Below are positions 24,201 to 37,400 of a DNA stretch of 64,000 nt, piece after piece. This DNA is from Dimorphilus gyrociliatus (Eukaryota; Animalia; Annelida), in assembly GCA_904063045.1 (NCBI GenBank), contig CAJFCJ010000032.1:62001-126000 (forward strand). Direction: 5' to 3'. Below the pieces are notes generated by a model, which had not been told where the DNA came from, searched no databases, and was given only the letters and a program-made list of their open reading frames with translations. Positions within the stretch are counted from its first letter, which is position 1; the number at the start of each line of letters is the position of its first letter. The position numbers and the translations under genes were made by a program.

Positions 24201-27194
24201 TTAAATATATCTAGCTCTTGATTGATAACGCTCTACAAATTAAAAGCTAGTAAAGATGACACTAACCCTTTTCTCTTTTTTTGCCGGTCACTTGAATGGG
24301 AGGCGAGGAATCTTTAAACCGTTTCAGAGTAACCTTCTTCATGTCCTAGCCTTGAATGGCGTGCGACAAAGTCTTATCTCTTATCATAAGCACTGCTATC
24401 TACACCTGCTGTTTACTTCCTCGACACGTGCCGCCATTTTTTAAAAAGATTTCCTCTCATCAGGGCAAGATAAATCTAGTAACTATTTAGTATTAATATC
24501 CAAAAGGAGTAGATAAGGATTAAAAGAATTTACTAATTATTCTTATCTTTGCCTCTATTCTGCTCTTTCGTATTTACAGTCGGCTTATTAAAAAGAGATC
24601 TCTGTCAAACTGAAGCATGCAATACTCTTGTCAACAGTCAACTAAATATGAACTATCTATATGCGATATGCGCATATGCTATCCCCTTAAATAGTCTTTT
24701 GAACCGAGTGTACATTATATATAAAGTATATATGCGTACGATCTATGTATATAAATATATTGCATATATAAATATGATTATACCAGTATAGCGTAATCTT
24801 ACATTCCTTTATCTGGTCTTATCAGTTCTTATCAGTTTTTTTTAAATTCACCTGTAGACTGTTATCAACTAGCCGTCTTTTATTTAGAATTTTTTCCGAT
24901 AATCGATCTGAGAACATCTGTTGCCGCCCCTCGTCTTATCGCGATCGTAATCCACTTTTTTTATGATTACGCCCAATACTTTCTCCTTTACTTTTAATAA
25001 ATTTTTTGCATTGGTACTATGACCTATCTATAATTGTTCCCTCACCTTTCTCAATAGAGATTGTTGTTACAGACAAAATAGTATTGATCAGTAGCAGATG
25101 AAAGGTATGCGGAAAGATTGCAGAGATGAAGAAAGAAAAATAGTTTGTTTGAAAGGGAAAAAGTTTGGAAAATGAGGAAAAGAAAGCTTCTTGCTCTTTC
25201 TCTCTCTCTCTCTCTCTTTCCCTCTCCCTCTCCCTCTCCCCCTCTCCCTCTCTTCAAACTCGCTTCTTCTCTTTCATCTTTCGTATCTTTATCAAAATTT
25301 ATTTTTTTTACGAAAATAAAAAAAGTAATCAAGAAGATTCGAAGAAAAGAAAATATTCCTCAGATGTAACCAAAAATAACAAAGTACCAATAGGAATAAA
25401 TAGGCATTGTTAGTTATTGAGAAGGTGATATACATTGACAGATGACATATCTTATGAAAGCTGTGATTGACACTTTGAAGTGATTACTAGTTAGAAGATT
25501 AGAAGACTATATGATACTGGAATTTGCGGTCAGACGTTATTAATCACCGATTAAAGTTTTGCCTTACATTTTGTAAGAGATCAATCAACTTACGCAAGAT
25601 TACAGCCAATTTGTATTAGTTCATGCAACACTAGAAACTGTGTAAAGTCTTTAATATACAACAAATATATATATGCATACATTTTCTTAATAGCATATTA
25701 GACATATCAAGTGTTTGTCTCGTTTGTATATCTCCCTATTAATATATTGAATATGTAAACAAAACGGCAAGAAAACTTGTTTCGTTTTGTTTGCATCCCT
25801 TGTTTTCTTTTTAATTTTATTGATAAGAAAAGAATTAGGTTAGATTGAGTTAATAAGAAATTATAAAAAGTATTAAAACAAGGAGGGAAACGGGAGATAA
25901 GCTTTTAATAAGTAATAAATTAAAAATGAATTAATTTAACGTAAATATTTGAAAGATGTAGCGGTGAATGGAATGATAAATATGTATACTCTATGTTTAT
26001 ATACATATTGATATATATTGTATATATATATATAAAAGTAACACACTACCCCAGCAGTCTGACAAAAAAAACGCAAGGCATTGCGTTCGAATTGCGTACG
26101 ACTCTTATCTCGGCAATCTTCGAACGTAATGGCGGCCGAGATAGGAGGCCGATAAGGGCGGAATACTGACGACAGGCAATGAGCGTGCTTGCGCAAGATA
26201 AGCTGTTATCTTTGTCGCGCTTCGCTGTATACAACCCTCTTTTTTTCCTTCTCTCATCCCCCATCATTTATCTACTACCCTTATCTCTACCGTCCAGGAG
26301 CTGCGTTATCTGTATTCGACTGCAAAAAATAACCTTTGCAGTATATAAGGATTAGGGGAGGATTTCTGTCAATCATTTTCTAGTACATTTCGGCGTGCAT
26401 CTACTGTATGTATCTGTTTCCTTTCTATTGTCAATTCTACGGATCTTTAGATCAGTTGTGTGGTAATTTTAATACGGTTAGGAAGTAAGTAGCTGATCAT
26501 TTACATCCGCATTCCATGCATGTTGAGTCTTACGTATACAGTACATCACATAGTGTTGCATAGAGAATAAATAGAGACTAACATGCAAGTCGATTGTTCA
26601 AAAAACCGTTCACTTCGAAGTGAAAAACGTACGAAAGATGAAAGAAGAAGGAAAAATGATAAAGTAAAAAAAGATAGAAAAGTAAAAATAGGAAATACAA
26701 ACAATTTTAAAAAAAAAACTCTTATCAAACTTTGCCGCTTTTTCTTTCACATTCGAGAACATAAAATATATGTTAAAAAGGCCAAACTGTGCAGACTAAG
26801 ACAGGCAGACCAGATAGTTATCTGGCGCATGCATAGGGTTGAGGCTAAGTCTTATCAGCCCCTTATCGCTTTCAATATCAGCGTTACCCTAGCAACGGTG
26901 GATATATGGAAGATAAGGCGACAAGACAGACTACGTACCCCTGTCTTATCGGCGCAGTAAGAACAGATAAACATCTGTTGGCAAAAAATTTTTTGAAAAA
27001 AATTTCTCTATACCGGGATAATAGAGATTAGGATCGTAAATATTAGGCGATAAAAGGCTAATTACACTATCTAGAGATGATAACGCGTTCAAACATTTCA
27101 AAAATGTGATAAAAAATAATTGCATGACAAACAGTTTTGAAGATAAAAACTTACTTTTTACGGGTTTCGGATTCGGTTGTTTCCGACGTGACAT
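21294..27194 (-). CDS. ZFPM: Friend-of-GATA / U-shaped zinc-finger cofactor, about 256 aa
   Basis: Exon 1 27194-27155 (MSRRKQPNPKPVK, donor A|gtaagt) and exon 2 22024-21294 are both phase 1 and total 771 nt. The protein has four C-X2-C-X12-H-X4-C (CCHC) fingers, one C2H2 finger, a PLDLS CtBP motif and the N-terminal MSRRKQ NuRD-binding motif. Confidence 0.92.
22700..27150. promoter_or_regulatory. Clusters of GATA-binding sites in the FOG intron
   Basis: About 25 GATAAG/CTTATC hexamers by hand count. Clusters lie at about 22710-23020, 24370-24550, 24809-24940, 26100-26310 and 26720-26975. Confidence 0.75.
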
Positions 27195-28055
27195 AACTGC
27201 TGCTGTCAGTTGTTTGCCTTCATTTTTCCATATAACTATGTGTTTTTTTTTTCGCGCCATACGATCCAAACGACACCTACATTCGAAGAAGGCGCCATCT
27301 AAAGGCAGTCGAATATAAAGTATAGTAACCATAGTTTTAAATATTTATATAAGTTAATATTGTTATTATAATGATTCTGATTCTTTGTTATTCTTTTTTT
27401 ATTTGTTTCTTTCGTTTGTTTGTTACATTGAAGGTTTCTGTTCAATTTACAGAGAGTGCAAAAGCAAAACAAGAAACAAAAAAACGTCATAAAGAACAGA
27501 AAGGAACAAAGTAATAACAGATATAAATATACACATACACAATTATAACAAAATATATTCATCTTATTTTCATTTTAACAGCGTCAATATCTCTCTTTTA
27601 TCAAATTTATTTACGTAATTTTGTACATATTTTCGTATTTTCATTTTCCATATATCTTCTTTTTTCTTCGTCTATTTCGTATTTTCTATGTTTTTAGACA
27701 TAGACTTTAGACGCCGTATCTTTTTTTTTATTTTTTTTTTACACGAAATAATTTAGGTCCCTGCAGAGACTAGCCGAATTAAAGCATCACACCAATTTCC
27801 CTCTCGTCACCAATCGTTTATAATTAATTACAAGCTCTTTTTCTTTTACCTACAATCATATCTCATTCCTTAGTTTTGTAGGCAATTATCTATATATATA
27901 TATATATATCTATATATATATATATATATGTATAGATATGTACATACGTACAAATAAATTTATACATGCTACGTACAATTCCCTTTTCCATAACACAGTT
28001 AATACAAAATCAATTGTTTATTACATATACGAGTTATTAGTTTTATATAAATATA

Positions 28056-28091
<36 letters not shown>

Positions 28092-28252
28092 TACAGAGTC
28101 TTATTTTTTTTTTCTCTCCCTGTATTATATTGTAAAATATTCAAATATAATGACTTTCTCTTTTTTGCCCCCCCCGCCCTTTCTCCCTTTCCCATTCTAC
28201 CTATCTTCTCTCCCTCTCTCTCTTCCTTCCTCCTTCTCACACTATTTTATCA

Positions 28253-31111
28253 TCAGAAACTTTTCAGAATGTGCCATTGGAGGACTGGCTGACGACACTT
28301 TTGAAACATTTCATTCCAATGCCTGACTTCCATGGGACCAGATCTGGCTCCTAGTACAATTTGACCAATTAATTCATTCCTACCGATTCTATCGTAATCC
28401 ATAACTGATATATCTAGAGAGGTTTGCCGTATTTTCTGATAGGGAACGTCGAATACGAACGTTTCGTTATAAATAGGATTTAAGTTTTTTTCCTTTATGA
28501 CAGTCTTCTTTTTTTCAACCCTTTTCCCGTCTTGAGTAAGCCATATTTTGACATAAGGATCCGAGAGACCATTCAAATCTTTTGATTTTAAATGTTTGGC
28601 CTATTTATTCGACCGTTAAACAGAATTTCATATTAGATATTTAGGTAGAATTATATAGAATATGTAATACATATTATGTTAATCGATAGACGCCTAAACT
28701 TATTACTCAACTGTAATAAATACTATACGTTGTCATATACAATTTATATTCTTTCATTTTTTTTATCCAATTTTTTAGTTGTGTTGACTAAAAGATCGCA
28801 CTAGAACATAAATTACTTTCAAATTACTATTTGATACGAATTGCTAGTAAATTTTCCATGCATTTCGCCTATTTTATTACCTCTGACGATGATGAAATCA
28901 CGCTCAAAACATTCACAAGAGAAATTAAAAATTTTTTATCCTATTCCACTCAAATTCCATTAACATAAACTCAAATATATATATTAATAATGTATCGGAA
29001 ATAGCCTTTCTTTATTGAGGACAGTGCTCTGTATACCAACTGCAAACCGATTATAGTCTAATATAGAAAAAAAAGGCAGGATAACAGAGGAACTAAAAGA
29101 AAGAAAATGAAGGCATTCATTGCCAAATAGAAAATGCTAGTCATTCGTTTGTCGAGTTCTCCCCTTATATCCGTCTAAAGGTCAACATTCGAGACCTTTA
29201 ATAATTGTTTTTTCTTCTTCAATAAGTATATTGAAGATAGTTTACTATTCATATTCTCCCTATTGACAAAGATTACAAGAGAGAAGTTGAAATCTTTTAA
29301 ATGCAATACTGTTAATGAAATTTGATGGTGACACATCAAATCGAAGTATTTCAGAGGGCTCTTAACTCTTAAGCTTTTCCTCTCCTAAAAAATTGTGTAT
29401 AAATTGCACTGGAAAATTTTGAATATATAAAATAAACGGAAGAGAGGAGAAGAACACAAAAGAGCGAGATAGAGAGAGTGAGACAGAGACAGAGACAGAG
29501 AAAGTAACATACAGAGAGAAAGAGAGATAGCTAGATAGACAGACAGACAGACAGGGAAGGAAAGAGAAAGGGAGAAGGAAGAGAGTTAATCTATGCGTGT
29601 TTTTGTACCTATGTGACTAATATACAATAAAGTGCAATGAAAACTAAAAAGGAAAGAAAAGGTGAAAGAGTTTAGAGTGCAACGATGGAGGCCAGGAAAT
29701 AGCTAGAGGAGAGAATCAACTTTCTAGAAATCGCATTTTCCGGGAAAAGTAGGTGCTCCCTTCCACAATATTCTCTAACAATTATCAGCATTGGATAACT
29801 TGGAATTTTCGCACAAGAGACAATAAGGCAAATAACTTGAGTATTTTCCTTGGAACAGCAAGCAATATGGATTATTTTAGAAAGATGAAAGGCAAAAGGA
29901 GCTTTAAAGAATCACTGGGAATATATAGTCTTCCCTTTATCCTCAATAGCTAACCACCAATAAATCTATGCGTATGAAAAACAATTTTTTACTAAATTGT
30001 TTGGAATTTTGTCGTGTCGCCTCCACCCTGCCTGCCTGCCCTCTCTCTCTCTTCCATTGTCCCACCGTCTACTCTATCTATCTATTTATCTATCTATCTC
30101 AATAAAAGTATAAATACAAAAGAGTATCGTTTGTACAAACGAAATTCCTATTTGTGAGCGGTCGATATAATGGGATAAAAATTGGGTTATTTCAGCTATA
30201 AACCCTAAAACGCAAGAGATTTATCATGATACTTTTTTTTCCTTTTCACGATTCCCTATTATCTGCGGAGCGTATGTTTTATTAGTTGTTATTTCGATTG
30301 TTTCTCTTCTTGTATACAACAGCAGACACTCTAGATAACATACTAACACCATTAGATAAAGAAAAATAATGTCATTTTTCCACTATAGCTTTTCATTGAA
30401 AATATTTTAGCTGAATGATGATTCATTGGGCAATGCTATATAAGTAAATATTATAGTAATAAATTAAATAAGGATGATATTTCTACTATGAAATTCTGTT
30501 TGCCTTGATAACAATGATGGTAAGGCTACCTTGAGCAGGTTGATAACAGAGCGAAAGAAGTAGCTCCCCTAATCTTCCAGAATGTCCTTTACAAGGCTGC
30601 AGATTTTTCCACATGGTCTTCCCTTCGGCTAAATTGACATCAGCCAGCGGCAGGGCTATCTCTCCAATTGGATCGTCTCTAGAAAATCTATCGTAATCGA
30701 GTACTTGCATATAGAGTATTCGATTTTGAATTTTTTGAAAGGGGAAACCTATATTTGTTTTTTAAAAGAAAAAATCAGGAAATTGAATTTATTATTGAAA
30801 TGATAAAGAGAAATGAATAAACCTTCAAAAGCGAAGCTCTCATTCCAATGGGGATTCAAATTTTTCCTTTTAATGTTTGTTTGCAGTTTGGTCTTTTTGT
30901 CGGGTAATAGGAGAACTTTGACATAGGGGTCGCTTGTTCCTGTAAAATCTTTTGCCGGTAAGCCTGTTGCTCTCATAACCTTCAAATTTAACGTATGGTC
31001 GTGGAAATCATAGCTGACTCTGAATTGGATTTTGCCCAAATTATCAACCACTTCCGCTTCTAGGACGGGTGGTTCCGGCATTTCAAAGGCTCCATTATCG
31101 GAAAAAAAATT
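28253..31111 (-). CDS. SYT7: Synaptotagmin-7-like, C2A and C2B exons (5' exons tentative, up to 41012)
   Basis: Exons 31111-30823, 30748-30504 and 28600-28253. C2A contains [21 protein letters not shown] and [16 protein letters not shown]; C2B contains IVIK|[20 protein letters not shown] and [13 protein letters not shown]. The last intron is GC-AG. Confidence 0.93.
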
Positions 31112-34100
31112 CTGTATATAATAAAGAAGTATGTATATATAAATATAAATATGATATATATTTAGGTTATATGCAGTATATATACATATTATCACTCTTT
31201 ATAATTGAAATGTTATAATTAGTATCCTGTTGAAAAGAAAATTGTACAAGTATATAAAGCATAAACGAAAATGACACATTAGTGTGATTGATAAATTACA
31301 TTACAGATGGCGCCTAGAACGTACACATAAGCGTATATTGATCCAATTAATAACATTATCTTGTATTATCCAATTCTCCTATGTTCTCTTTCTGACATAA
31401 TTTATTGGAAAAGCGCAGAAAACAATGTCATCTCAAAGGATATCATATCATTTATTAAAAATTTTTTACCATTATACAGCATAGATATCTCTTTATCAAT
31501 ACAAACTGTATATACTATATATACTACTAATATACATATGCTGCATATACATTATATCTTTGGTTATTCATCGTTTAGAAGCGTTTCCTCTATATATATA
31601 TATACCGTCTGCTGAAATATTTGCATCGTTTATTACATATTCTATATATATTGCTGAATTGACATAATTTCATTATGATTTCATATTCTAACAATTTATT
31701 GGGAGGAATAATGATTTTTGCTATTTCGCAATTAACAACAAATTGTAAAACAAAATGTAACAAGTTAAAGGGAAGCAGTCTTCATTGAATATTTTTGGTC
31801 ATTTACCGAAGAAGAGACGCCTAAATGACAATAGATAATAATAAATTTTTCAATCTAAAACCATCTGTTTAAGTATCTGTTTACTACATTCATAATAATT
31901 GAATGTATCTCATTTTTTTCTAATTTAATTATTGATATAATAAAGTATAATAATTATGAAAATATGTAGTCATTTCCACCAACAAACTTCATTAAACTTT
32001 CATAACTTTAATTAAACAAATAGAAGATACTATTCGTTGTTAAAAGTTGTTGTAATGGATGTAAAGATGTAATTTTCTACTATTACGCTTCTAAAGAAGA
32101 AAATGAGAGCAATTAAGCTAAAGTAGCGAACATGCTCTTTCTTTTACTACTCTTATGTAAGAATTCAACAAAGTAGACGTTGGACGTCTCTTTCCTCTGA
32201 CATCATTCTATTATATGGCTTAAATGTACGCGAAACTAAGAGGTGTTTACACTATCTTCCTTCTTTTACCTCCTTCCTCTAGAGTCAGATTAAGAAAAAC
32301 CAATTAGCAAACTGATAAAGACTCATTTAAACCTTTTAAAGGACAAACAATACTGATGGAATACGGGGGTGACGGGTAGCCGGTAAGGGTGGCAAAGATC
32401 TCGACTATAGCCAACGAAAATTGGTAGGAAAGTGTTAGAGGGGGAATGTGGGGTGACGATAGCTGTGGCACTAGTGGGGAGAGAGGGAAAGTGTTGTAAA
32501 CCATATCGGACGCCTAGAATGCTGCAGGATCTTCTGCCAACTGATAAATTCAATTTGTTGACATGCCATTTAATAAATATTGGGTAGATCTCTTTTTAGA
32601 ATATCACATTTATAAAAGTAACAGAAAATAAAGAGGGAAAGAAAACAAGAGAAAAAAACTATCTTTAAATGAAAAACAAGATAGCCCAAGGTCAATTAAG
32701 GTGAAAAATAACAAAGCAAGAGTCTCTCTTTCTTTCCCGTTGTTTCTCTTTCTATTCCTATATTTTTACCTGGATTATGTCTATATATGTATATATATAT
32801 ATATATATATTTTATTTGCCGACTAATCAAGCTATCCGACATAAGTAAACGCTGAAATTAATGATCCGTGAAACAGCAATTTATGTTAAACGCCCTAGAT
32901 TGTAAAACAGTTTTGCCTTGAAAAAACTGCAATTATTGCAGTTGAAAAGAATTTTTTTTCCCGCTTATCTTTAGCAAAAAGAAAATCAAGAGAAAAGAGA
33001 AGATAAATCGAGAAGTAGTCTAATAGCACAGGTTATGGTATTTATTTTAAATCATATTTGAATGGCAATGGTAACAAAACCTGACAAATAATAAAAAAGC
33101 TTATTTTTTAATATTTCCTCTGGAGGTGGTGGCGGTAACGTGTTTTCCCTTAGGCCTGCATATTTGCCAGTAAAGATCTTTACCTAAAGATTGCAACGTT
33201 TTTCAACGTGTCAATTAATGCCCCTTATGCACACAGTTTCGGATCAGAAAATCGAAAATCACTCGTGGTAAATATATTGTACACATATATAAAACTGACA
33301 GTAAAGAAATTGCCATGGCAAACAAAGCCAGGTAAAAGGAAACACACGCTTGGGTTCAATCGATTCGCGTTCTATGCACGCCTGTAAAAATTGACGATAT
33401 ATATTGAGCCTTATTTTTTATACAGATTTTTATATGTTTGTTAAAAGAAATAGGTCGTTTGATTATATTCCTCCGTCTAAATCAATCGGGCATCATTCTG
33501 AAAGAGTATATATCCTCAGCAGGTTTTCTAATTAAAGCTCGCCAAACGAGTAGGGTCACGTGATGTAAGTTTGTCGCTACGAGCTGTAAATTATTTAAGT
33601 GGAGGAAAAGGGCGCTCCATCTGACAAAGCCGACAAATTATAAACAAAATTAAAGTAGTTAGGAAGAAAATGTTATCAATTGTAGATAATTAGCAAATTG
33701 CGTAATAAATTTACTTGTATCTTTTGTTTTTTGTTTTTACAGTTGCATCCTTATTAAGCATAAAAGGAAGTTGCGAACCATGTATATATACTGTATATAT
33801 ACTGTGCATACGTATACAAAACAAACGCCTAAATAGCTAATTTCATAAGGTAACAAATGGCTAATAATATCAAGATTAAAAGGGTAGCGTACCAGGTAAA
33901 AAAAAGATATTTATAATCGTTTTAATCATATTGATAGGAAAAAAAAACCGGAAGAAAAACAAGAAAAAAAGCCATTTATATTGGAAAGTGTAAAAAAAAA
34001 ATATAATACAATATAACAAGAACTTTTGTAAATATTTATAAATATTCTTTACTTTTAGTTTTCTATTAGTTAAAAACTGGAAAATATGCATATCTATATA

Positions 34101-34479
34101 CTGTATAATGAGGAAGAATGAACAAAAAAGTGCTATAAAAAGGCCTATTTGGGGAAAAGCATATTACAAAATAAAACAAGAGAGGGAAGTATTGCAGAAA
34201 AAATGTTCTTGTAAAAGGCCTTGCTCAAAGGCTAGATCGAGTAATTTCGTAATTGTTGCATTATGATTAAAAGAGCATTAAACCATTATTTTTTTTAAAG
34301 GGAATATCCATGTGAAATATGATAAAGGATCTTTTTTCCTTTAGATCTTTATGGCGGCAAGCTCTACGGGCTTTCTCATAATTTACCATAAAAATAATAG
34401 CAATGGGAGCAGAACCAAAAAAATATAATGACCTTAAGAAGAATAGTATACCGTAAATCAAGAATGATAATTAGCTTAC

Positions 34480-37400
34480 GTTAGATATTGGACCAGCTGA
34501 TTCGGAAGTTTGTTGTTCGTGTTGAGGCGTTTCGTTGCTGTAAGAATAAGAGAAAAAGGTAATGAAAAGGAAGAAAAGATTGAGAAGAGTGAAAATATGA
34601 CATTCATCTTAAAACACAAATAACGGCGACCTCTCCCAATGGATCAAAAAAACGCCATAGCGACGTTTATTTTCATATTTCTCTTTGCAAAGTGAACCGA
34701 TTTCATCCTTTTATATTGTTTTTAAAGGGAGAAAATTTGTTTACTTTATTTGTTTATTACAAGATTTATTGATTAAGTAAAGATTAATTTGATGACAGTT
34801 TGCCCAAGAACAATCGGGTAGCAGTCTTTTTTTTTCCTTTCACACTTTTTGCATTCGAATCATGAAGTTATATTTACCGCTGTGCCTTATTATTTTGATT
34901 GAGAACGCTTTTGAAAGGGGTCTATTTGCAATGCTTTCAATGAAAACGCTCAACAAAATGTTTATTATGCGTGATGAGTATGGATGAGTATCAATTCCTA
35001 ATCTTATCGATATTTCTGAGGAAACATAGATCAAAATGATCGACTCGTTGAACAACTATCAATTAAATATTTAGAGGAGCACTTTTCTCGCCCCCTGCGG
35101 ACTGAATTTACCGAGAATTTTTAGTAAATATCACCTTCAGCGTTCTTTCCTTTCCTTTCCTCTCCTATACCCATACTATACAGTGATTCAGCAGTATGGA
35201 AGAAAAATACACGACATGGAAGAATAGTCTTCTTAATTAGAATCAAAGAGTGCATTCTTGTACGTACTGCTTTGTAAATACGAACTGATACGTGAATAGA
35301 AATTTTCCATATTCGTATTGTCGGTGCGTTATTGTGATATTCCAAAAAAAAAGAGATGGTAGCAACGGTAACATTCTCTTTTTATAAACAGACTTCATTT
35401 GAAATATTAGCGTTTTGTGGGCGGATTCTTCTTTTTCTTTCCCTATCCTTTTATCACTGGACCACTAATCTTCGAGTGAACACAACGCACTAAGGCCGAT
35501 TTAGTCACAAAACTTAATTAATTAGTTTTCTCTTATCCTACCGCTATTTCTACTCGCAAGGATCACTTTTTTACTCTTATATACAGATAAATCCGATTTG
35601 ATAAGTATTTTCTTGAATGAGGTAACGTTTAATTTAATTTTAACCGTTTCGAAGATATTAGACAGCTGGGAGAGGATGTAAGACTAGGAGGGGGTAGGCG
35701 GTATAATTGCAGAAAATACAAATTGATCTATTTTTACATTCAATAAAGCAATGTTTAAGAGGGCAAAAAATGGGATACTAAAGATTGTTACTGGTTGGTG
35801 CTTTGGAGAAAATCAATAAAATTGCATAAGCTTCCCACATAGGCGTTAAGTCTTTAAGCGAACTACTATTCCCACACATTCATTCATACATGCGCATAAA
35901 TACGAATTTGAATATATACAATCAAATAGTCGTAAAAAAATACCCTTGTGTATTTCAACAGAGTTAAGCAACAATTTTTCCTATTGATTTGCCAATAATT
36001 TACGACATTTAATTGATAATCGAAGAAAATCAACTGTTGAATTGTTAGTTTCTTTTCTTTCTAAGGATTTCTTTATCATTCCTTTTCTCTTTTTAATTTA
36101 TGTATAGTGTGTCAATATATCTAAATACAAAAAGTATATACTAATATATCTATTATAAAGTATTGTCTATTGTAAATAAAGTCTCTTAATCAACTGTAAA
36201 ACAAATTTTATAGCATATATAATAATCTGAAAGTAATCAGAGGAACCCTCATTAAAATCATACAATATAGTCAAGCTCTAATGACTGCAACGGCCGAAAA
36301 AATTCTTTGACATGGAAAACCAAATAGCTGTGAGGCATGTTTCTTTTTTTCCGAGTAGACTTTTTTTTCCTTAACTTTCAGCTTTAAGAAACTGAAGATT
36401 AAATAGAAATAACATACGCTTTTTTTTCAATATTTCATTCCTGCTGTTCCTTCTTTTATATCGCTCCTATTTCTTCTATATAATGCACTTTTTCTCTTCT
36501 TACTTCCACAATCCTTCTACATCTCATTCTATCTCAGTTTGTATCTCTCTTAATTAGAATGATTTATGCTTAATGAATTACTCGTAAAGCACAAAAATTG
36601 ACGTGTATTTTGGTTAAAATTATAGATAAAAGAGTAATAAAAGTTTAATAGTATAGTGCTACTGAAATGTTTCTACGCGTCGAGGTTAAGCGTTTCTATA
36701 TAACGTCTAAAACTCTAAAAATGTATTCGACAAGCGTAGTTCTGTTTTCTCACCCGTATAAAAATCCAATATATATATATATATATATTCCATTTAAAAA
36801 GAAATGGATTTATTGTGTACCTTGGTGTTTTTTCTTTCAAAGACTTCATCTACAGATTGGAAATTTTGCAAGTTTACCTTCCGAAAGGAATAACAAAAGG
36901 TTAATCAGGATTTGTTCACCAGGAACAAAGTCAAGCTTATATCCTAATTTGGGGAAAAGGGTAGCATTGAAGAGGAATCCGAGCTCTTCAAAAGCCTATT
37001 GACTGCTTTGAAATGAAAATTCTCCGCCATAAGCCTTCCGCTTAATAATTACGATATAAATTATCTTTTATACTTTCTATCTAGAACATCGAATGATACT
37101 CCAGGGTCAATGGCAAATAACAAAGCTTAGACCTTGAACTTTACAGGCATTATTAAGAATTCGGTCGCTTTTCCCCTTAATGGAAGACGCTCGTCGACAA
37201 CTTCAAAAGGCATTGGTAACTCTCAAAGCTCTGCCATTTGGTCAATATTGATGCTTATTAACATCAGCAAACCCTAATGATATACGTTAGAAAATATTTC
37301 CAAGCAGAGAATATAAAGAGAAAGAGGGGGAGAGAGAAGAAAAAGAAGCGAATTTTATTCCTTATTTCTCACTCTTTCTTTTGTTAAATAGAATGAAGGA

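Noticed and set aside
33170-33183. 14-bp palindrome GTAAAGATCTTTAC
   Set aside because: Several palindromes of this size are expected by chance in 64 kb of AT-rich DNA.
32304-34461. ORFs at 32304-32553 and 34267-34461 as synaptotagmin TM or linker exons
   Set aside because: I could not build a phase-consistent chain with a TM-length hydrophobic segment. A 51-nt 0/0 exon near 32356-32406 remains possible but is unsupported.
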